Origin: Deltaproteobacteria bacterium
Lineage (GTDB): Bacteria; Myxococcota_A; Polyangia; Fen-1088
Length of the DNA: 64,000 nt
Direction of reading: 5' to 3'
Assembly: GCA_033763315.1 (NCBI GenBank)
Contig: JANRKS010000016.1
Span: forward strand, 32,001 to 96,000
The notes below the pieces were generated by a model. That model was not told where the DNA came from. It worked only from the letters and a program-made list of their open reading frames with translations, and ran no database searches. The translations under genes were made by a program, and so were the position numbers. This document shows positions 1 through 9,444 of the stretch, in pieces; positions within the stretch are counted from its first letter, which is position 1; each line of letters opens with the position of its first letter.

Positions 1-854
1 CGGTCGGTAAACTTCGCGCACGCTTCGGACGATTTGCCGAGGAACCGCGGCGCCACCAAACAGCCGTAGACGATCGTGGGATCCGTCTGCAAAAGATGCG
101 GAACAAAGGTGGGCAAGGTCAACCGATTGATGAAGACCTGCGCGATGCGCGGGCGCTCGTGCGGCTGTCCCGTTTCCTTTTCCACAATGCTTGCCATGGT
201 GACGATTTCGGCGTCACCCCACTGCAACTGTTTCTGCAGTGAAGCCAAATCGTTCACGTGTTTCGCGCGCAGCTCTTCGTAGACCTCCCGGTGGCGGCGT
301 ACCAGAGTGACCAGCACCTTTTCCGCGTCCGTGCCGGCGGCTAGCTTGTACGTGTCTGGGAACAAATAGCCTTCTACGGTCAGCCCCGGCAGCCCGAGCG
401 TGCGGGCAAACGCGGCGTCCATTCCCTTGGCAGCCATCTTCGCCGCGTCCGTCACTTTGGCCGCACCGAAGATCTCGGCCACTTCAAGCATGTTCTTGCC
501 CTCGGGCACGGTGACAGCGATCAGCTCGTCAACAGCGCCCTTCACCAATATATCAATCAGCGCTCGCGGCGTTGTGGGCGCGTCGATCTCGTAGCGCCCC
601 GCTTTGAACCGACTGGCGGCCCCTCGCTGGCTGGCATAGAGCCGAAACAAGGTGGGGTGGTCCAGCAAGCCAGCACGGTGAAGGTTGTTGCCCACCTGGC
701 CTGCGGATTCGCCCTTCGCAATCACAAACTCGAGCCGGCCTTGCGCTCGGCCGCCGAAGCGTTCGGGATATGTGAAGAATTTGTAAGCTAAGACACCTAC
801 GACTGCCAGGCCAGCAACCGTGGTGATAACGAACACGCGAAACGCGCGCATCAT
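1..854 (-). CDS. mltG: Endolytic transglycosylase MltG (YceG family), 3' end runs off the window
   Basis: Not in the ORF track; manual minus-strand translation from ATG 854 gives N-terminal TM segment, FKAGRYEI, VEGYLFPDTY, TMASIVEKET, ERPRIAQVFINRL, LQTDPTIVYG; lies directly downstream of yqgF. Confidence 0.95.
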   Translation of the reverse strand, partial: MMRAFRVFVITTVAGLAVVGVLAYKFFTYPERFGGRAQGRLEFVIAKGESAGQVGNNLHRAGLLDHPTLFRLYASQRGAASRFKAGRYEIDAPTTPRALIDILVKGAVDELIAVTVPEGKNMLEVAEIFGAAKVTDAAKMAAKGMDAAFARTLGLPGLTVEGYLFPDTYKLAAGTDAEKVLVTLVRRHREVYEELRAKHVNDLASLQKQLQWGDAEIVTMASIVEKETGQPHERPRIAQVFINRLTLPTFVPHLLQTDPTIVYGCLVAPRFLGKSSEACAKFTD

Positions 855-882
855 CGCACTGGGTTTGTTCTTCAAAGCGAAA

Positions 883-1311
883 TCACCGGTGTGTATCTAA
901 CCAACGTTGCAAAATGACCGCGGCGGCCACTTGATCTATCACTTGCTTGCGGCGCGCCCGAGACAAGTCTGCCTCAAGCAGAACCGCCTGGGCTTCTACC
1001 GTGGAAAAGCTTTCGTCGACCAGTTCGACGGGGAGACCAAACGCCGCCTCCAAACGCGCCGCAAAGGCACGCGCGCCTTTGGCCGCCCGCCCCTCCTCGA
1101 TGGCGTCCCCCGTGGGGTCGGGATTCAACGGCAGGCCGAGGACAATGCGTTCCACTTCGTACTCTTTGACGAAGCGGCCAATGGCATCCAAATCGCGCTG
1201 GCCTCCGTGCCGATCAATCGTTTTGAGCGGGTGCGCGGCCATCCCCAAGGCGTCAGATACCGCCACGCCAATGCGACGACTGCCCAGATCAATCGCCAGC
1301 GAGCGACCCAT
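883..1311 (-). CDS. yqgF: Holliday junction resolvase-like protein RuvX/YqgF
   Basis: LAIDLGSRRIGVAVSD, VLGLP, VDESFST, IDQVAAAVILQRWLD motifs; start trimmed to ATG 1311. Confidence 0.95.
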   Translation of the reverse strand: MGRSLAIDLGSRRIGVAVSDALGMAAHPLKTIDRHGGQRDLDAIGRFVKEYEVERIVLGLPLNPDPTGDAIEEGRAAKGARAFAARLEAAFGLPVELVDESFSTVEAQAVLLEADLSRARRKQVIDQVAAAVILQRWLDTHR

Positions 1312-1366
1312 TCCGCAAGACTCTAGCGGCAAGCGCCCGTTGCCGAAAGTGCGCTATGAACGCCTG

Positions 1367-1675
1367 ATGTCTGAAAGACTTCCCACCGAGGCCACCCAAA
1401 TCCAAATCGACTTGGACGAGGGCACCGCCCAAGGCGCCTACGCGAATCTGGTGCTGATCAACCACAGCGACAACGAGTTCGTGTTCGACTTTGCGTTTTT
1501 GCAGCCGAACGCGCCGCGGGCCCGGGTGCGGGCGCGCATCGTCTCAAGCCCGCGCCACACCAAACGCATGCTGCGCGCTTTGGAGGTAAACCTGCGGCGC
1601 TACGAGGAGCGGTTCGGCACAATCGACGAGGGCGAAGGGCCGTTGCTGCCGCAAGGGCCGAACGTGGTCAGCTAG
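1367..1675 (+). CDS. DUF3467-family protein
   Basis: IQIDLDEGTAQGAYANLVLINHSDNEFVFDF...ARIVSSPRHTKRMLRALEVNLRRYEERFGTI; C-terminal part of ORF 947..1675. Confidence 0.85.
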   Translation: MSERLPTEATQIQIDLDEGTAQGAYANLVLINHSDNEFVFDFAFLQPNAPRARVRARIVSSPRHTKRMLRALEVNLRRYEERFGTIDEGEGPLLPQGPNVVS

Positions 1676-2292
1676 GCCGGACCCGGCGTGGGTTCGTCTG
1701 ACAGCCGCGCGAACAAGGTCGCCAGATCCACCCGCTGCCCCGCCGGCCGTCCGCGCGAGCGCGCAAACGCCGCATCGATGGCGAGCAAGGCGGTGGACAG
1801 GGTTTGCTGATCCAACACGTTGTCGGGGGCCACGGCGCCGGGGCCCTTGTCGTTGAAGTTGCGAAAACAGGCGTCGATGATGGGCAAACGGCCTTCTTGG
1901 CGAAGGCGCAGTGGCAAGCCGTGTGAACGACACACGAGCGGGCGTGCTTCGTAGACGCTGCAGCGGCCATCGTCCCCCAGGGCGACGCACAGGCCGTCGC
2001 TTTCGTCGTGCGAACGCTCACGCAGCACCTGGCGTGCCTCGGGAGACAGGGTGGGCCACAGCTGCTCGATGATCTGCGCCTCCACGCTGGTGACCGAAAG
2101 CCGCACGTGACAGCAATCGTTGCAGCCCGTTTGGCAGGCCATGTCGGCCTTGTGCTGGCCTTCGACGCGGTTGAAGAACGCATCCACCTTGCTGATGAGA
2201 ATGCGAAAATGCGCAAGAGCCTCGGAGTCCGTGACCGGAGCTTCCGTGGGAACGGGAGGAAGTGGAGGCTTTGTGCGTTGCTTTGCCGTCAT
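1672..2292 (-). CDS. YkgJ-family zinc/iron-chelating (CxxxCxxCC) protein
   Basis: CQTGCNDCC, CVAL, CSVYEARPLVCRSHG motifs; start may be 2292 or 2310. Confidence 0.85.
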   Translation of the reverse strand: MTAKQRTKPPLPPVPTEAPVTDSEALAHFRILISKVDAFFNRVEGQHKADMACQTGCNDCCHVRLSVTSVEAQIIEQLWPTLSPEARQVLRERSHDESDGLCVALGDDGRCSVYEARPLVCRSHGLPLRLRQEGRLPIIDACFRNFNDKGPGAVAPDNVLDQQTLSTALLAIDAAFARSRGRPAGQRVDLATLFARLSDEPTPGPA

Positions 2293-2306
2293 CGAACCAC
2301 CGCGGC

Positions 2307-3194
2307 TCACTTAATCTTCAGCACCCCCTGCCCAACATCCAACACAACCTGGGCACCATAGGGCAAAGCGCGGTTGCGCTTGCCGTGTCCAAACAGGCCA
2401 CCCTGGGCCACCGGCACGCTCAACCCACCCAACCGTTCCCGCAAAACTTCCTGCACCTCGGGAGAGTCGTTCGAAGCCAAGTCTTGGCATTGAAAAAACT
2501 CGCCCAACACCAAACCCCTGGCCCGTGAGAATACACCCGCTTGTTGTAAATGCGTGAGCAATCTGTCGATTCGGTAGGGCCGCTCGCCCACGTCTTCGAA
2601 GAACAGCACCGCGTCGTGCAGGTCCGGAACGTAAGGCGTGCCAATAAGCCGCGAGAATACTTCGAGGTTTCCGCCCAGCAGCCGCCCCGTGGCCACGCCG
2701 GGGGTCACCGCCTCAAGGTCGGACAAAAGCGTGGGGCCCTCGCCTTCAAGCAGCTGCCACAGGTGGTCGAGGTCTTCGGAACACAGCTGTGTAAGTTGGG
2801 TGACCACGGGGCCATGCACGCTGGCAAGGCCCGCCGTGGCACAGGCGGCCAATAGGGCTGTGACGTCTGAGAACCCCACAATGATCTTGGGGTGAGCCTG
2901 CAGCGCCGTGAGCGCCAGCGCGGGTAGAATCCGCGTGAGGCCATACCCACCGCGCGCCATCCAAATGGCCTTCGTGCCGGGCTCCATGAAGGCGGCGTTC
3001 AAAGCGGCGGCCCGCGAGGCGTCGTCGCCGGCCAGGTATCCCTGCTTGGCGAACACCTGCGCCGGGTCGAACACCACCTCATAGCGCTGCCGTAGTATCT
3101 GCACGCCGGCGTTGAAGCGGTCCTCAGGCACCGGCCCCGAGGCGGCCACAATCCGAATCCGGTCGCCGGGTCGCAGGGCAGCAGAGGTGAGCAT
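2307..3194 (-). CDS. ldcA: LD-carboxypeptidase (peptidase S66)
   Basis: ARGGYG, GFSDVT (catalytic Ser), GGNL, FFEDVGE, FGHG; start at ATG 3194 just after the upstream stop. Confidence 0.9.
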   Translation of the reverse strand: MLTSAALRPGDRIRIVAASGPVPEDRFNAGVQILRQRYEVVFDPAQVFAKQGYLAGDDASRAAALNAAFMEPGTKAIWMARGGYGLTRILPALALTALQAHPKIIVGFSDVTALLAACATAGLASVHGPVVTQLTQLCSEDLDHLWQLLEGEGPTLLSDLEAVTPGVATGRLLGGNLEVFSRLIGTPYVPDLHDAVLFFEDVGERPYRIDRLLTHLQQAGVFSRARGLVLGEFFQCQDLASNDSPEVQEVLRERLGGLSVPVAQGGLFGHGKRNRALPYGAQVVLDVGQGVLKIK

Positions 3195-3198
3195 GTTG

Positions 3199-3987
3199 TC
3201 AGCGGCCGCGGAAGCTGGGGGCGCGCTTTTCAAGGAAAGCGGCCATGCCTTCTTTTTGATCTTCGGTGGCGAAGAGGCCTGCAAACAGCTCTTGTTCCAT
3301 CACCAAGGCCCGCTCAAGCGGCAGCCCCTGCGAAATGCGCATGGCCCGCTTGGCCTCGGCCACCCCCAACGGCGATTTGCTGGCGATAGTGGCGGCGAGG
3401 GCCTGCACCGTCGTCAACAACGACTCGGGCTCGGTAACGGCGTTGGCCAAACCCCAGGCCGCCGCTTCCGCCGCCGTGATCACACGGCCCGTGTAGATCA
3501 TCTCGCGCGCGCGGCCGATGCCCACCCGGGTGGCAAGGCGATGGGTGCCGCCAAAGCCGGGGATCACGCCCAGGCCCACCTCAGGAAAGCCGAGCTTCGC
3601 TTTCGCCGACGCGTAAATGAAGTCCGCACACAGCGCGAGTTCCAGCCCGCCCCCCAAGGCAAAGCCATTGACGGCCGCGATGACCGGCACCGGTAAGGAC
3701 TCGATGGCCGCGGCCGTTTCATGCCCAGCGGCGGCGAAGGCGCGCGCCTGCCAGGGCGTGAGTTTCGACATCGCGGCGATGTCGGCACCGGCGACGAAGG
3801 CCTTCTCGCCAGCCCCCGACAGGATCACGCAGCGCAGGTCTGGATCGGTGGCCAGCGCGCGGAAGCAGTGCCCCAGCTCCTGCAGCACATGGCTATCCAG
3901 TGCGTTTAGCACCGCCGGGCGGTTCACCAACACCATGCGCACGGGCCCCGCCGCGTCCACCAACAACGTCTTGTAAGACTCCGCCAT
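3199..3987 (-). CDS. crt: Enoyl-CoA hydratase (crotonase)
   Basis: NRPAVLNAL, AFVAGADI, AVNGFALGGGLELAL, PEVGLGVIPGFGGT, DQKEGMAAFLEKR. Confidence 0.93.
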   Translation of the reverse strand: MAESYKTLLVDAAGPVRMVLVNRPAVLNALDSHVLQELGHCFRALATDPDLRCVILSGAGEKAFVAGADIAAMSKLTPWQARAFAAAGHETAAAIESLPVPVIAAVNGFALGGGLELALCADFIYASAKAKLGFPEVGLGVIPGFGGTHRLATRVGIGRAREMIYTGRVITAAEAAAWGLANAVTEPESLLTTVQALAATIASKSPLGVAEAKRAMRISQGLPLERALVMEQELFAGLFATEDQKEGMAAFLEKRAPSFRGR

Positions 3988-3988
3988 G

Positions 3989-4062
3989 CGCGCCCGACAG
4001 GGATCGAACCTGTAACCCTCGGCTTAGAAGGCCGATGCTCTATCCAATTGAGCTACGGGCAC
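3989..4062 (-). tRNA. tRNA-Arg (anticodon UCU), CCA not encoded
   Basis: Minus strand GTGCCCG-TA-GCTCAATTGGATAGAGC-A-TCGGC-CTTCTAA-GCCGA-GGGTT-ACAGG-TTCGATC-CCTGT-CGGGCGC-G folds into a full cloverleaf. Confidence 0.97.
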
Positions 4063-4149
4063 AAAAGTTCGCCAAGAATACCAGAGGTTGCGGGCCGCGA
4101 CAGTGGCGAGGTTGCCGAGCCGCGGGGCCGGATGGTAAAGGCCGCCTCA

Positions 4150-5235
4150 ATGTTTACCATCCCCGTGCCGCTCGGCGACCGCACATACAACGTGATCATT
4201 GGTGACGTGTCGGTCGAGACGACAGCCGATTGCCTGGCCAAGGTGCTGGGGCGCGCCACCGGCGTGGCCTTGCTGGTGGATGAGCAGTTGGGCCGCAGCA
4301 ATCCCCGTGTGACCGAACTGCAGGCCGCTTTGGCCGCACGCCTGCCGCGTCTTGAACGCTTGGATTTGGCGGCCGGTGAAGCGTGCAAGAGTTTTGCACA
4401 GCTTGAAGCCACGTGTGATTGGCTGGCGTCTCAGGGTTTCGACCGTGGCGCCGCGATCGTGGCCATCGGCGGCGGCGCCACATCGGACCACGCTGGCTTT
4501 GCGGCGTCGATCTATCTGCGCGGCATTCAATTCGCGCTTGTGCCCACCACCTTGCTTGCCATGGTGGACGCTTCAGTGGGCGGCAAGACGGCCGTGGATC
4601 TGAAAGCCGGAAAGAACCTCGTGGGGGCGTTTCACCAACCGCGGTTGGTTGTTGCGGATCTGAATTTCTTGACGACGCTTCCCGCGCGCGAGCTGGCGGC
4701 GGGCATGGCAGAAGTCGTGAAAGCGGGATTGATCGCGGATGCGGCTTTGTTCGCTTCGCTTGAATCACAGTCAACGCCCGCGCATGAGTGGCCGCGCGAA
4801 CGATTGGCCGATGCGATCGCAGCAGCTGTGAAAGTAAAAGTGGCCGTGGTTGCCGAAGACGAACGCGAAAGCGGACGGCGCGCGATCCTAAATTTTGGCC
4901 ACACGTTGGGCCACGCGATGGAGTCGGGATCAAATTATGGTTTGTTGCACGGCGAAGCCGTGAGCCTCGGCATGCTGGCGGCGCTGCGGTTGGGCGAGCT
5001 GCGCGGCAAATCACCACCGGAGCTGCGCGTGCGCACCGAAAAGGTGCTGAACACGTTGGCCTTGCCCACCGACGTGGCGAAACACTTAACCCCCAGCGTG
5101 CTCAAACACGTGGAAGTGGACAAGAAGCGACGAAGCAACGACATCCGCTTTGTGTTCGTACCGTTCGTCGGCGACGCCATTGTGGACGACGTGCCACTGA
5201 CGATGCTGCATGAGCAAGCGGCGACGATGTTTTAG
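4150..5235 (+). CDS. aroB: 3-dehydroquinate synthase
   Basis: GEACKS, GGGATSD, PTTLLAMVDASVGGKT, KNLVGAFHQP, LNFGHTLGHA, HGEAV; start at 4150 (4132 possible). Confidence 0.96.
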   Translation: MFTIPVPLGDRTYNVIIGDVSVETTADCLAKVLGRATGVALLVDEQLGRSNPRVTELQAALAARLPRLERLDLAAGEACKSFAQLEATCDWLASQGFDRGAAIVAIGGGATSDHAGFAASIYLRGIQFALVPTTLLAMVDASVGGKTAVDLKAGKNLVGAFHQPRLVVADLNFLTTLPARELAAGMAEVVKAGLIADAALFASLESQSTPAHEWPRERLADAIAAAVKVKVAVVAEDERESGRRAILNFGHTLGHAMESGSNYGLLHGEAVSLGMLAALRLGELRGKSPPELRVRTEKVLNTLALPTDVAKHLTPSVLKHVEVDKKRRSNDIRFVFVPFVGDAIVDDVPLTMLHEQAATMF

Positions 5236-5275
5236 GTGGCGCTCTAAGAAGACGCCTGCTGCGAAGCGCGATAGG

Positions 5276-5512
5276 TGCTTCCTTGTTTTCCAGCGTCCAA
5301 GCACCCAGCGTCTGAAAATCGATGTTTTTCTCTAAGCACCAAACTTCGACGAGGCGCCCGATGAGCGACTTGATCTCCTCATGCGTGCGTGACGGGCTCA
5401 CGATTTCAATCGTCCCCTCTAAAAAGGCAATGCGTGGGGCTGACTTGTCTCCGCGCATCTCAAGCTGGCGCTGGTAATCCGCCCACGTTGCATTCGGCAA
5501 CAACACAACGCC
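5276..5512 (-). pseudogene. Fragment of a Uma2/DUF820-family endonuclease
   Basis: VLLPNATWADY...RIAFLEGTIEIVSPSRTHEEIKSLIGRLVEVW...GAWTLENKE matches the N-terminal half of the family; the EPD catalytic part and a plausible start are missing and the frame runs into antisense aroB. Confidence 0.75.
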
Positions 5513-5796
5513 GGTGAGAAGACCAGCGCTACTGCGCTGAAATCCGCCTTCGCATACTTGCACGCGGCGGCGGCGTTCGACGACGCAGACGACTTCGACG
5601 TAAAAATGCGGATCGAAGACGTTGAGCGCGAGCTGACAGGGCTGGTTTAGGCAGGCTGGGCCTAGAGGCCCCGGGGGCCCTTTGTTCGCTCGCGCCAAAC
5701 GCCTTAACGGTGAAGGCAGCTTTGGTCAAGCGGGGCTCCTATGTGATCTGATAGAAGCCCTCTTGGATTGACCTTGCTTCTTGTGAAGGCCGAAGT

Positions 5797-7236
5797 TCAC
5801 GCCTTCAACAAAGGCAGAGGTCCGTCCAGATCGAACTTACCGCCCGTCGAAGCCTTGGTCATGCCGATGGTGGTGTTCGTCATGCCAAAGGCCTGCATGA
5901 GGGACACCAGGAGCTTGTTGTGCGCGGGACCGACTTGGGTGCCGTTACGAGGATTTGGATTGATCTCAGGGTACTTGATGTACCGACCCATGTTGAACGT
6001 GGTGAAGCCACCACCTCCGACGACCACGGCCATGATGTCGTGAAGATCGTGCGGGCCGCATGCGAGCTCGCAGAGCCACACGCAGACAGTTTGATCGAGC
6101 AAGGTTTTGCCGCCGTCAACCGTGACTGCGTCAAAGGATTTCAGGATCGAAGCAAAGTCCGAGGCCAACAACTTGTAGTAGTTGGTCATCTTCGTGAAGG
6201 CTTCGGTATTTTGCGGAGTGGCGTTGTGAGCGATGTCCAAATGCAGATCTGTGTGCACATCCAGCAGTGATACAGCGTCTTGCGAGCTAAGTCCGCCGTT
6301 GGTCATCACCGCCACACGGCTCATGTCACAAGACAACGCCGCAGCGATTATCTTGCCCCAGGCGTCGAAGGTCTTCGCATGATCGGTTGCGGTTGCACCC
6401 GGATTCATGGCGGGACGGGCAGCGCACATGGCTCCGGCCGTTGAGCGGAAACCAATCTGCTGCTCAAGCTCGGACATCGTCTGCCAGTGGTTCTCAATCT
6501 TCTTGCGATCGTCCCCAGACACCTGAGCGGTGACCTTCTTGTATTCGCTGGACAGCATCGCGAGCGCCTTCTGACGGCGCTTTTTGATCAGATCCGTAGT
6601 TTTGTCACCCGTGGATGAGACTGGGAACAACTTGTCGTACGCGCGAGCAAGGTTACCGAGCCCTGACTGCTCTGCCTGGCCGCGGAAGATAGGAGACCAT
6701 CCACCGGAAGTGTAATAGAGCGACTTCAGGCGCATCGGATCCGCAATTTTATCTGCGATCAACTGATCAACCGAGGTGTCGCCACCCCCGCCCTCTCGGG
6801 AGAACCCACCGGGATAAAGCATCTTGGCCCCGGTCAAGGCGTGCGAGGTTCCCGCGTTGTGATTGTTGGTTGAAACGTCCGCCAAAGCAGACGTCATCGC
6901 CAGCCCTTCCAAAGCAATCATCTTCTGCCGGAACGGGAACAGTGGCTTGAGAATGGCGCTCCAGTTTGCTTCAACGTCGGGTAGCTTGAAGTCGTAGGCT
7001 TTGTCCCGATCTGACTTCGTGCCGCCGTTCCAGCCACCAGGGCCATTGGCGCGCATGGTGTAGTTCTGCTGAACGGGCCCGTGCGGCGTGTAGTAAACAA
7101 AGAAACGCTTTTGCGCTCCGCCCTGAGCGTACGCTTGCTTATCGCCGATCAGCGACGGCAAGAACAGCGATCCAGCGGACAAACCAAAGGTGCTAAGTAG
7201 AGTGCGACGATCCATCGTGAGGTTCGGCTTAGTCAT
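5797..7236 (-). CDS. DUF1552-family Tat-exported protein
   Basis: Twin-arginine signal DRRTLLS..., KRFFVYYTPHG, ILKPL, TSVDQLIAD, AALSCDMSRVA, TLLDQT; SD AGGAG upstream. Confidence 0.9.
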   Translation of the reverse strand: MTKPNLTMDRRTLLSTFGLSAGSLFLPSLIGDKQAYAQGGAQKRFFVYYTPHGPVQQNYTMRANGPGGWNGGTKSDRDKAYDFKLPDVEANWSAILKPLFPFRQKMIALEGLAMTSALADVSTNNHNAGTSHALTGAKMLYPGGFSREGGGGDTSVDQLIADKIADPMRLKSLYYTSGGWSPIFRGQAEQSGLGNLARAYDKLFPVSSTGDKTTDLIKKRRQKALAMLSSEYKKVTAQVSGDDRKKIENHWQTMSELEQQIGFRSTAGAMCAARPAMNPGATATDHAKTFDAWGKIIAAALSCDMSRVAVMTNGGLSSQDAVSLLDVHTDLHLDIAHNATPQNTEAFTKMTNYYKLLASDFASILKSFDAVTVDGGKTLLDQTVCVWLCELACGPHDLHDIMAVVVGGGGFTTFNMGRYIKYPEINPNPRNGTQVGPAHNKLLVSLMQAFGMTNTTIGMTKASTGGKFDLDGPLPLLKA

Positions 7237-7257
7237 GAGAATTCTCCTAAGATCGGC

Positions 7258-9243
7258 TCAGTAAGCAGGGCGCCATTGGAAATCAGGGCTTTTGACCCAC
7301 GCGACGAAGGCTTCGCGCAAATCCCCACCCTTCGCGTCTGCCGCTTCGACCATCTTCTTGATGCGGCAAGCGTCCGCACCGTCAGACGGTTCAGGAGCAA
7401 TGACACCATCTGCATCACGCCCGGTGAGGTACTCATACCACTGCTGCGTAAGGCAAGCGGCGGCTGACTTGCTCTTCCCAAGCTTCTTAGAAAGGTCAAC
7501 CGCATTGGCGAAGGGGCCGTCCACATCGGTTGGCGTTCCGAGATCCACCTTGCCCGAGGCATCGATGGTCTTGGCCGGATTCTTCTGATCCTTGGTGATG
7601 TAGAAGCCGACCTCATTGTAGTTCTCGAAGGCAAAGCCCAACGGATCCAAGACTTGGTGACAGCTATTGCAGATATCTGCAGCTTTCATACGGGCAGCAA
7701 ACTCTTCCCGGTTCGTAGAACCGGCCGGCACTTGAACGGCACCCGCCCGTGTCTGTGCATCAGCAGGGGGCGGAGGAAAGTGTTGACAGAAGACTTTTTG
7801 CAGCACGAAGTTGCCGCGCACCGGAGGATTCGGAACCCCTACGGGCGTCCCAAAGTGGGAGTAAGCCCAACCGAAGAAGGCGCGCGTCAAAATGCCTGCT
7901 CGCTGCGCAGGGTTCAAATCCATGGGGGTGTAAACAAAATCAGGATCCTGCGTTGAAACAGAAAGCAGTTTTCCTTCGTAGACGCCTTTCGTGTACTTGT
8001 TCACCCAGCTCTTTGTGCTGGTGAACAGCGTGTTGAACGTCGCGTCTGAATCCGCAAACGTCCACTCGACAAATTGTTCGATTTCGTGGCGCGAACCGAG
8101 CGCTTGGAAGATTGAGAACGAGTGTTGAGCATCTCCCAAGCTGGTTCCCGGGTATTGCCGGTAGGACTCGCCGAAGATGCGCTCCAAGTCAGCCCACTGC
8201 CTGAAATACTCGATCACCATGTAGCGGAAGCGATTGTCCTTCAGCATGCGCCTCGCTTGCGCCTCCAGTTGGTCGGCTGTCTTCAACTCACCCTTCGAAG
8301 CCGCCGTCATCAAGTCGGCATCTGGCATCGTTGACCAAAACCCATAGGACAGACGGTTGGCGATCTCGTACTGGGTTAGCTGAACGGCGCCGTTCTTCTT
8401 GGTGGCGGGATCGCCCAGTTCAAGGCGATACATAAACTGGGGCGACTGCAAAAAGACCTCCAGGGTCAGTCGCAACGCAACCATGAAGTTATCCGCTGCG
8501 GCATCATCGGCTTTGGCACCATCGAACTCGGTCTTGAAGAAGTCGTAATAGACCGTTTTTTCAGCATCCGTCATCGGTCGGCGGAAAAACTTTGGGCCAT
8601 ACGCATCGATGAACTTCTTGCCGCAATCAACCGTCTTCTCTTGGCAAGGCACCAGCGAAGCGAGGGTCGCCGGCTGCGCAACCAACTCGGCAATAAGCAC
8701 AGCGTTGTCGTCGTAGGCCTCCAGCTGGAATGCCGTGGCGTTTAGGTTGTTGGCGCGGTTCTGAAAGCCGTAGGTTCCTGGATCCGCAATGACATCGTCC
8801 TTCCAGTTCCAGTTGATGGTCTGGGTGCCGCGCTTGAGAGCGAACGAGTGGTTGTCAATGCGGTAGACGCCATCCGCGTCGGGCTTGAATGCAAACGGGA
8901 AGACTTCGCGCAGTGAGGCCACGTACTCCACACGTGACAAGCGGCGCGCGGGCGCCGGAGGAAGGGGCCCACAGGCGCCCTCGAGCATCACGTTCGTCCC
9001 TGGTCCGCCACCCGCGTTGCCGCCAAGGCTAGTGCCGCCGCCACCGCCGCCACCACTATCGCCACCAGCGTTGCCGCCCGAGTCGCCGCCGTCGCCGCCG
9101 TTGCCACCACTGTTCTTATCGTTGTTGCTGGAGGAACCGCTGCAGGCGGTAAACAGCGAAGGCACCAGGGCCAGCATGGCGATTGCCAGCGGTTGCCGGA
9201 TGGTGAGCTTCCTAACGGGGACGGATGGCTCTTGCATAGGCAT
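7258..9243 (-). CDS. DUF1592/DUF1588/DUF1595/DUF1587/DUF1585 multidomain lipoprotein with one c-type heme motif
   Basis: Lipobox FTAC, Gly-rich linker, RRLSRVEY, FFRRP, LQSPQFMYR, YEIANRLSY, RAGILT, PVRG, CNSCH, DPLGFAFENY; SD AGGAG upstream. Confidence 0.92.
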   Translation of the reverse strand: MPMQEPSVPVRKLTIRQPLAIAMLALVPSLFTACSGSSSNNDKNSGGNGGDGGDSGGNAGGDSGGGGGGGTSLGGNAGGGPGTNVMLEGACGPLPPAPARRLSRVEYVASLREVFPFAFKPDADGVYRIDNHSFALKRGTQTINWNWKDDVIADPGTYGFQNRANNLNATAFQLEAYDDNAVLIAELVAQPATLASLVPCQEKTVDCGKKFIDAYGPKFFRRPMTDAEKTVYYDFFKTEFDGAKADDAAADNFMVALRLTLEVFLQSPQFMYRLELGDPATKKNGAVQLTQYEIANRLSYGFWSTMPDADLMTAASKGELKTADQLEAQARRMLKDNRFRYMVIEYFRQWADLERIFGESYRQYPGTSLGDAQHSFSIFQALGSRHEIEQFVEWTFADSDATFNTLFTSTKSWVNKYTKGVYEGKLLSVSTQDPDFVYTPMDLNPAQRAGILTRAFFGWAYSHFGTPVGVPNPPVRGNFVLQKVFCQHFPPPPADAQTRAGAVQVPAGSTNREEFAARMKAADICNSCHQVLDPLGFAFENYNEVGFYITKDQKNPAKTIDASGKVDLGTPTDVDGPFANAVDLSKKLGKSKSAAACLTQQWYEYLTGRDADGVIAPEPSDGADACRIKKMVEAADAKGGDLREAFVAWVKSPDFQWRPAY

Positions 9244-9444
9244 CTCCTACGGGAAACGGGCGCCGTATAAAGCACGAACGGCGGATAAGTACTTTTGCAA
9301 CATATACCTTACCAACCGAGAATAATCGATTGCAGTTCGGTGGCGGGCCCGAGTTTTACGAGCCGCAGCCCCCCCAACACCCGAGGCCACGATCGCCCGG
9401 CACCCCGAAGGTGAGGCGCCGTTACCCAAAGCGCCTGGCGCCCG

